From: an uncultured delta proteobacterium
GTDB lineage: Bacteria; Desulfobacterota; Binatia; UBA9968
Assembly: GCA_963745835.1 (NCBI GenBank)
Contig: CAVUZH010000008.1
Span: 32,001 to 96,000 of the forward strand
Length of the DNA stretch: 64,000 nt
Direction: 5' to 3'
In this document: positions 57,795 through 64,000 of the stretch, in pieces
Layout: each line of letters starts with the position of its first letter
Numbering within the stretch: the first letter of the stretch is position 1
Notes under the pieces: generated by a model
Databases searched by the model: none
Told to the model about the DNA's origin: nothing
The model's input: only the letters and a program-made list of their open reading frames with translations
Program-made: the position numbers and the translations under genes

Positions 57795-58244
57795 TTATGC
57801 GATGTCATCCATCGTGTTATCGGAAAATTCGGCCTCGAATATTTCGGCCAGAATGCGACATATATCCGTTGCCGATACGATACCCGCAAGTTTTTCGTGA
57901 TGAAGAACGATGACGGAGCCTATGTGCCGTTTTGCCATTTCAAGAGCAATCTCGTTCAGCGGCGCATCGAATGAAACAACGTACGGATCAGCGATCATGA
58001 TATCGCGAGCTCGAATCTGCTCCTTTTGTGCCTGTGTCAAAAAGCGTTCGAGCAAACGATAGAGATCCCGTTCCGAGATGATTCCGACCACTCGACCATC
58101 CTGTTGGACGGGAATATGACGAATGTGATGCTCATCCATCAGACGCTCGACTTCTGCAATCGTATCATCGCTATCAACGCAGTATGGAAACGGCGTCATA
58201 ACCGATCCTACTTGGGGAATTTTTTTATATTTTTTCATAATCAC
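57795..58244 (-). CDS. CBS-pair domain protein
   Basis: VGSVMT...IRHIPV....VVGIISERDL and DIM...IGSVIV....LAGIVS motifs. Confidence 0.9.
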   Translation of the reverse strand: MIMKKYKKIPQVGSVMTPFPYCVDSDDTIAEVERLMDEHHIRHIPVQQDGRVVGIISERDLYRLLERFLTQAQKEQIRARDIMIADPYVVSFDAPLNEIALEMAKRHIGSVIVLHHEKLAGIVSATDICRILAEIFEAEFSDNTMDDIA

Positions 58245-58491
58245 TGCTCTGTTAGGGCCATACTATTTATGGCGCGTGATCGGTGCGCTCGCGGCTGATC
58301 TGCCCGGCACACGTCCACCCGACGGACGATGGATAATTTGGCGTTTGCCGCCAGAGGTAAACTAGACTGCTCCGAGGCCTTTCACAACCGCTTGAGGTTG
58401 ACTCCCCACTTCGAGCCGAACCATCTCCACTCACACCGGCAGACGCGTTGTTGATTAGTCTGCGATACTTCGACGAGTAGCTAGGTGTCTA

Positions 58492-58520
58492 TTGCAACAT
58501 GGACTTATTAGGTCCACACT
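58492..58520 (+). promoter_or_regulatory. Putative promoter with an overlapping TGGAC-N7-GTCCA palindrome (candidate Rrf2-type operator)
   Basis: TTGCAA-17 nt-CACACT, with the palindrome at 58500-58516 upstream of nuoB-iscA-sufB. Confidence 0.45.
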
Positions 58521-58801
58521 CAATCTGCTCTTCCGTTACGAGTCTACCCGCAGGCGATTAATGAGTCAGGGCGGGTTATTCGGAGAGACCTTCACGAAAA
58601 GTCATCCGCGGCGGTGATCAGTCAATTGGCCGCGTACAGTTCTCGTCTCAGCGACGGCATATCAACGCAAGGTCAGGGCGATCCATAGCGGAACATCGTC
58701 CTCTCCTTCCAGGAATCAGACACTCGCTTACACCAACGATCGGACCTGCTGGCATCGCTCCGACACGGTGTAGGTCGTCGCTGGGTATCAAGGAGGCTTT
58801 T

Positions 58802-59309
58802 ACGTCACTACTAAACCAGTTGCCTGAAAACGTGTTGACCACGAAGGTAGACGATCTTCTTAATTGGGGCCGAGCCTCGTCGCAGTGGTACATGCTTTTC
58901 GGCTTGGCCTGCTGCGCCATCGAGTTAATGCAAACGGGAGGACCACGCGCTGATGTCGACCGATTCGGCGCGGTCCCGCGCGCCACGCCTCGCCAATCGG
59001 ATTTGATGATCGTGGCAGGAACCCTCACTTATAAAATGGCCAAGCGTACCAAGCTTCTCTATGATCAGATGCCGGATCCCAAATACGTCATTGCAATGGG
59101 AAGCTGCGCCAGCTGTGGTGGACTTTTTCAGTTGGCCTACTCGGTTTGTAAAGGCGTCGACAAGATCGTCCCCGTCGACGTCTACGTTCCTGGATGCCCG
59201 CCAAGGCCTGAAGCGCTTAACAGAAGGCTTGCTGAGGATTCAGGATAAGATTATGCGGGAAAAATGGCTCGTTAAGAAAACTCATCACGAGCCGGAGCTG
59301 GCAATCTAA
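58802..59309 (+). pseudogene. nuoB: NADH-quinone oxidoreductase subunit B, orphan copy with an ACG start and a frameshift
   Basis: [22 protein letters not shown] and [11 protein letters not shown] motifs. RBS AAGGAGG precedes an in-frame ACG at 58802. The C-terminus [11 protein letters not shown] is in another frame after about 59218. Confidence 0.85.
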
Positions 59310-59327
59310 GCAAAGGAGATACTCAAT

Positions 59328-59654
59328 ATGGTCGGGGAAATTACCCTCAGCGATCGCGCCGCCGAAAAGATTCGGCAACTTCTCGCTGGAAACAGCGACG
59401 AAAAGGGGTTGCGTCTCAAAGTTGTCGCCGGCGGCTGTTCGGGCTTTGAGTACAAGATGGCTATCGATGCACCCGCAGCGCAAGATCGGATCATTGAGAA
59501 AAACGGCGCGCGCATCTTGCTTGATGCAACTAGCGCCGTTCATCTGAACGGAACGGAGCTCGATTATAAAGACGACCTAATGCAATCGGGCTTCATATTT
59601 ATCAATCCCAACGTGAAGAGCACCTGTGGATGTGGCACCTCTTTTAGCGCCTGA
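59328..59654 (+). CDS. A-type Fe-S carrier protein (IscA/SufA/ErpA family)
   Basis: GGCSGFEY and NPN...CGCGTSF motifs. Confidence 0.95.
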   Translation: MVGEITLSDRAAEKIRQLLAGNSDEKGLRLKVVAGGCSGFEYKMAIDAPAAQDRIIEKNGARILLDATSAVHLNGTELDYKDDLMQSGFIFINPNVKSTCGCGTSFSA

Positions 59655-59760
59655 ATCACTGGGATTGGGAAGCAAAGGGGCCGACGAGTAGATCAGAATT
59701 AGATTGAGGCGGAATGCAATTTTGCGTCAGGCGAAGAGTTATTAAAAATGAGGTAGAGCC

Positions 59761-60099
59761 ATGAAGAATCAAAATCGCTTCGGTGAAAACGTAGAATTTG
59801 ACGAGAGAGCCAACGAAGACAGGTATTTTGCGTTAAAAGAGCATGAACGCATTGACGAGATGAAGGTCGACTTTCAAAACGCTGAAGCAGCCAGACGGGA
59901 AAGACAGGTCGGTAACTGTCCCATGTGCGCGGGCAAACTCGAAAAGTATGGCTTTATGGGCTTCGTCCTACACCGCTGTGACAGCTGTCAAGGCATTTGG
60001 CTAAAACCAGCCGAGCTGCATGGAATTATGAGAAAGGCGGCGCGCGGTCCCTTGGGCGCGTTTTTCGATCGCTGCTTTGCAAAGGTTGACCAGAATTAA
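59761..60099 (+). CDS. zf-TFIIB-type zinc-ribbon protein with a charged N-terminal helix
   Basis: CPMC...CDSCQGIWL..EL; N-terminal FDERANEDRYFA. Confidence 0.8.
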   Translation: MKNQNRFGENVEFDERANEDRYFALKEHERIDEMKVDFQNAEAARRERQVGNCPMCAGKLEKYGFMGFVLHRCDSCQGIWLKPAELHGIMRKAARGPLGAFFDRCFAKVDQN

Positions 60100-60345
60100 A
60101 TAGGCGTATCTACCTGATCTAACGACGAATTCCTCAGAAAGCAGCAGAGCCTGACCAGCCCAGAAACTCAATTACGCTGCTTGCCGGCCAACTCACCTTG
60201 ATGCCGCGGCGTAACCGCCGACCAGCTTCTCGAGTCTTGAGATTCTGAAGCGTTCACTATTAGACAGCAATTACATCGATGCCGGTGTACTCTTAAAATT
60301 TACCGGAGACCGCTAACGAGTCTCCTGAATAGGAAAACTGCAGCC

Positions 60346-61803
60346 ATGAACACTGCCACACAAACCACTGAGGACCTGGTCAACCAGGAGTATAAGTATG
60401 GGTTTGTTACGGAAATCGAAACTGACACCGTGCCGCGCGGCCTCAACGAGGCAACTGTCCGCTTGATTTCGGCCAAAAAGAACGAACCGAGTTTTATGCT
60501 CGATTGGCGTCTAAAGGCCTACCGCCACTGGGTCAAGTTGGCAAAGTCCCAGGCAGAGCCAAAATGGGCCAATGTCCACTATCCGGCGATCGACTATCAG
60601 GACCTCATCTACTATTCCGCGCCCAAGACTAACGTGGGCCTAAAGAGTCTCGACGAGGTAGATCCCAAGCTGCTCGAGACCTATGACAAGCTCGGTATTC
60701 CGCTGTTGGAGCAAAAGTGGCTGACCGGGGTCGCCGTCGACGCAGTATTCGACAGCGTTTCGGTAGCGACGACATTCAAGGAAAAGCTGGCGTCATTGGG
60801 TGTTATCTTTTGTTCATTTTCCGAAGCGGTGCAGAAGCATCCAGTGATTGTTAGAAAATATCTTGGATCGGTGGTGCCGTACAGCGATAACTTTTTCGCC
60901 GCCTTGAACGCCGCTGTCTTCAGTGATGGATCGTTCTGTTACATCCCCAGAGGCGTGCGCTGTCCGATGGAGCTTTCGACCTACTTTCGCATCAATGCCG
61001 CTGAAACAGGGCAATTTGAGCGCACCTTGATCATTGCCGATGAAGGCAGTTCCGTCAGCTACCTTGAGGGCTGCACTGCGCCGATGCGCGATGAGAATCA
61101 ACTGCATGCCGCCGTGGTGGAGCTGGTTGCCCTGGATAACGCCCAGATCAAGTACTCGACCGTACAGAACTGGTATCCGGGCGACAAGGACGGTAAAGGC
61201 GGAATCTACAATTTTGTCACCAAGCGCGGCAAGTGCCTGGGCAACAACTCCAAGATCTCTTGGACCCAGGTCGAGACCGGCTCGGCAATTACCTGGAAGT
61301 ATCCCAGCTGTATACTGCAGGGCGACAACTCGGTGGGTGAATTTTACTCGGTGGCACTCACTAACAACTATCAGCAGGCGGATACCGGCACCAAGATGAT
61401 CCATATCGGCAAGAACACCAAGAGCACGATTATTTCGAAGGGGATCTCGGCCGGCCATGGACAGAACACCTATCGGGGGCTAGTGAAAGTCATGAAGGGC
61501 GCTGCCGGTGCTCGCAACTATTCGCAATGTGATTCGTTGCTGCTGGGCGATAAATGCGGCGCGCATACCTTCCCCTACCTTGAGGTGATGAACAACTCAT
61601 CACAGGTGGAGCATGAGGCCTCGACATCGAGAATCGGTGAGGATCAGCTTTTCTACTGCCGGCAGCGCGGCATTTCGCCTGAAGACGCTGTCACTCTCAT
61701 CGTCAATGGTTTCTGTAAACAGGTCTTTCGCGAACTGCCGATGGAATTTGCCGTCGAGGCGCAGAAACTTCTGGGCGTGAGTCTTGAGGGTAGTGTCGGC
61801 TAA
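60346..61803 (+). CDS. sufB: Fe-S cluster assembly protein SufB
   Basis: [44 protein letters not shown] and [10 protein letters not shown] motifs. Confidence 0.97.
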   Translation: MNTATQTTEDLVNQEYKYGFVTEIETDTVPRGLNEATVRLISAKKNEPSFMLDWRLKAYRHWVKLAKSQAEPKWANVHYPAIDYQDLIYYSAPKTNVGLKSLDEVDPKLLETYDKLGIPLLEQKWLTGVAVDAVFDSVSVATTFKEKLASLGVIFCSFSEAVQKHPVIVRKYLGSVVPYSDNFFAALNAAVFSDGSFCYIPRGVRCPMELSTYFRINAAETGQFERTLIIADEGSSVSYLEGCTAPMRDENQLHAAVVELVALDNAQIKYSTVQNWYPGDKDGKGGIYNFVTKRGKCLGNNSKISWTQVETGSAITWKYPSCILQGDNSVGEFYSVALTNNYQQADTGTKMIHIGKNTKSTIISKGISAGHGQNTYRGLVKVMKGAAGARNYSQCDSLLLGDKCGAHTFPYLEVMNNSSQVEHEASTSRIGEDQLFYCRQRGISPEDAVTLIVNGFCKQVFRELPMEFAVEAQKLLGVSLEGSVG

Positions 61804-61868
61804 AATAGATGCACAGACGGGGAACGCTATGATCAACCCACATTGGAATTTAAACATCGGAGAATGAT

Positions 61869-62294
61869 ATGTATTCCAAACGTGCCCCAGTCAGCCCAAA
61901 ACATCGCCGGTCCGAGGCTCGACAACGGCACGGCTTGCATGACCGCCGATCCGATGTAAACGCGCTTCCGGAACAGTTCTTCGATACTCGAATCAGCCTC
62001 GCTAACGTGTGCCCGGAGACAGCTCTGATGTATGCCGTGGTAGAGGATGCGTTACTCTGTTTTCAGGAAGAGTTCGCCGGCTCGCCTCATGAGCAGCGGT
62101 GCAGGGCCCAGGAGGCGGCGAGATGGTTCTTCAGCGATGATCAGCATTCGCCGTATTCGTTTGTGAGCATCTGTGTTGGGCTCGGCCTTGACGCGGAAGA
62201 GATCCGCGATAAGCTCGAATACCTGGAACAAGATATTCGAGGTAAACGATATCTAGCAAAAAGACGCTCCATCGCTCGCAACAACGACTCGTAA
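61869..62294 (+). CDS. Conserved-looking hypothetical protein (possible DNA-binding helical domain)
   Basis: Pattern ALMYAVVEDA..CFQ...EAARWFFSDD...YSFVSIC..LGLD...IR; start uncertain. Confidence 0.65.
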   Translation: MYSKRAPVSPKHRRSEARQRHGLHDRRSDVNALPEQFFDTRISLANVCPETALMYAVVEDALLCFQEEFAGSPHEQRCRAQEAARWFFSDDQHSPYSFVSICVGLGLDAEEIRDKLEYLEQDIRGKRYLAKRRSIARNNDS

Positions 62295-62349
62295 TCGCAC
62301 GGGGATTACCCGCCCCTCGCAATTATCGAGCTCATTGGAAGGAGCCATT

Positions 62350-63030
62350 ATGATTCAAGACAATCCTGAGATAGACAAGTTCAAACAACAGCTACGTGAT
62401 TCGTTGCAGAGTGAAACGCTCAATTCCCGCTCCGTCAAAGTGCCGCGACATGAAAATGTCTACAATACCGGCGATGGCGACGGGATGATCTATTTTATCG
62501 AGACCGGCCAAATAAAGCTGTTGATGCTCTCCAGCGAAGGCAAAGAATGCATACTGGGCATCCACACTGCGGGCGACATCTTCGGCGAGCTGTGCCTCTC
62601 CGGTTTGGGCGAACGCTTGGAGACAGCCACTGCGATGAAGGCAACGAGCTTAAAGCAAATACCATCCATCCAATTCTTCGCGCGTTTGGGGCGGGATTCG
62701 TTATGGCAGGGATTCGTGCGTTACCTCGCCGTGCGCATCGCCGACCAGCAGCAGATCATCGCCAATCTGGTAACGGTCGATAGCGAGCAGCGACTGGGCC
62801 AGACATTGTTGCAGCTGGCCCGGACAATGGGCAAGAAAGACCCGCGCAGTATTCGCATCGAGCTTAGGATTACGCACGAAGAATTGTCGGAGATGGTCGG
62901 AACCACCCGGCCCCGGATCAGCTTGTTCATGCAAAGATTTCACAATCTGGGATTAATCGAGACCAACAAAGATCGTTTTCTCGTCATCAAAGAAAATAAG
63001 CTCACCGATTATCTCGCGCAAATCGCCTGA
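62350..63030 (+). CDS. Crp/Fnr family transcriptional regulator
   Basis: cNMP-binding fold (IYFIETGQIKL...GDIFGELCL) and HTH ITHEELSEMVGTTRPRIS. Confidence 0.92.
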   Translation: MIQDNPEIDKFKQQLRDSLQSETLNSRSVKVPRHENVYNTGDGDGMIYFIETGQIKLLMLSSEGKECILGIHTAGDIFGELCLSGLGERLETATAMKATSLKQIPSIQFFARLGRDSLWQGFVRYLAVRIADQQQIIANLVTVDSEQRLGQTLLQLARTMGKKDPRSIRIELRITHEELSEMVGTTRPRISLFMQRFHNLGLIETNKDRFLVIKENKLTDYLAQIA

Positions 63031-63057
63031 TTGCGGCGGCGCCGCGCAACATTTGAT

Positions 63058-64000
63058 CTAACTTTTTAAAGCCGGTAACGCAATGAAGAATGACGTCCCT
63101 TTGCCCGGTTCACTGTGGTACGTAATCGATCCGCCGTGGGCCGTGACTACTTGACGAACCACCACCATGCCGATACCCGTTCCGCAGACCTTGGTCGTGG
63201 CGAAGGGTTCGAAGATATCCATATCCGGCCGAATCCCCGTGCCGGTGTCAGCAATTTCAGCAAGAACGCCAGTTTCCGTCGACGACGCCTTGACGGTGAT
63301 CTTGCCGCCGCCGGGCATGGCCTCCGCGCTGTTCTTGTAGAGATTAAGGAGGACCTGTTTTAATTTGTCACGGTCGGCAGAGATCGATGGGAGATTCGGC
63401 TCAAAGACGTGGTCGAAATGAATTTTCTGATGCGCCCAAATCGCGCGGCAAGTGTCCGCTACCTCTTTGATCAGCGCAGCGATACTTACCGGATGAAAGT
63501 CATATGTCTCCTTCCGTGAGATCATGCGGAATTGCTGCAGCAATGCGTTCAGACGGGCAGTCTCGCTGATGATAGTCTTAAGATCGGATGCGAGCTGTCC
63601 ATGCACCGGAATCTCCTCCTTCGCCAGCTCGCGCTCCAGTAATTGAGTGGTCATATAGATATTGTTAAGCGGATTGGCTATTTCATGGGCGATTTTGGCC
63701 GCCGTCGCGCCGATCGCCGAGAGCCGTTCGCTTTCGACCAATTGCTCCTGCAGCCTGGTCTTGTCGGATATGTCGCGAATAAACGCCGCATAGTGAACGT
63801 CCTCGTCGGTTGGAATTTCGGTGACAGACAGCTCAATGGGAAACACATCGCCGTTCTTGCGTTTCGCCGTCACCGTGCGAATTCGGCCAATGGCGTGAGC
63901 TTCGCCGGTCCTCTCGTAACGAGCAATGTATTCGTCATGCTGCGACACATAGGGTTCCGACATGAGTACGTTTACTTTTTGCCCCGCTATTTCGTTCCTG
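63058..64000 (-). CDS. FixL-like heme-PAS sensor histidine kinase, 5' end beyond the window
   Basis: PAS GQKVNVLMSEPY..QHDEYIARY...AIGRIRTVTAKRKNG..FPIELSV; H-box AHEIANPL; N, D/G and FATTK..GTGIG boxes. Confidence 0.9.
   Translation of the reverse strand, partial: RNEIAGQKVNVLMSEPYVSQHDEYIARYERTGEAHAIGRIRTVTAKRKNGDVFPIELSVTEIPTDEDVHYAAFIRDISDKTRLQEQLVESERLSAIGATAAKIAHEIANPLNNIYMTTQLLERELAKEEIPVHGQLASDLKTIISETARLNALLQQFRMISRKETYDFHPVSIAALIKEVADTCRAIWAHQKIHFDHVFEPNLPSISADRDKLKQVLLNLYKNSAEAMPGGGKITVKASSTETGVLAEIADTGTGIRPDMDIFEPFATTKVCGTGIGMVVVRQVVTAHGGSITYHSEPGKGTSFFIALPALKS

Noticed and set aside
1-64000. CRISPR arrays, tRNA/rRNA genes, intact IS or prophage
   Set aside because: No regularly spaced repeats, cloverleaf or rRNA signatures, transposases or phage structural genes were recognised by eye; tRNAscan-SE and Rfam scans would be needed to exclude small RNAs.

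Overview
A 64 kb window of bacterial chromosome at moderately high GC. The gene content suggests a Candidatus Binatia/'Deltaproteobacteria'-like organism (inference only). Several single-base indels in homopolymers point to a long-read MAG assembly. Layout: (1) 0-8 kb: housekeeping and envelope genes (amino-acid ABC ATPase, sixA, gltA, decayed mltD, pssA), a zincin peptidase/ATP-grasp ligase pair and a polysaccharide lyase. (2) 8-28.6 kb: a catabolic island with nine periplasmic solute-binding proteins and no permease or ATPase. It also holds three Pht5-like proteins, a class II aldolase, a heme-oxygenase-like diiron enzyme, a DapA-family lyase, a crotonase, an MBL hydrolase, an atypical UbiD, an acyl-CoA ligase, and an unannotated sigma54-driven 36-aa gene. 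(3) 28.9-41.3 kb: two ExeA-like ATPases, a GspB-like/sensor hybrid, a sirtuin, an MFS transporter, Hsp20, PqaA, and a DOMON-NamZ-TIR/FGE-Imm8 run. (4) 41.5-45.5 kb: a split CoA-transferase, a cyclophilin and a second DapA-family enzyme. (5) 45.5-53.3 kb: a plasticity zone with inverted and direct duplications, an array of small '...WID' proteins and an integrase relic. (6) 53-64 kb: GH130 with a GT4 fusion, an RRM protein, a CBS protein, an orphan nuoB-iscA-Zn-ribbon-sufB run, a Crp/Fnr regulator and a FixL-like heme-PAS kinase cut by the window end. I recognised no rRNA, tRNA, CRISPR array or intact mobile element. All family calls come from motif recognition by eye, not from database searches.
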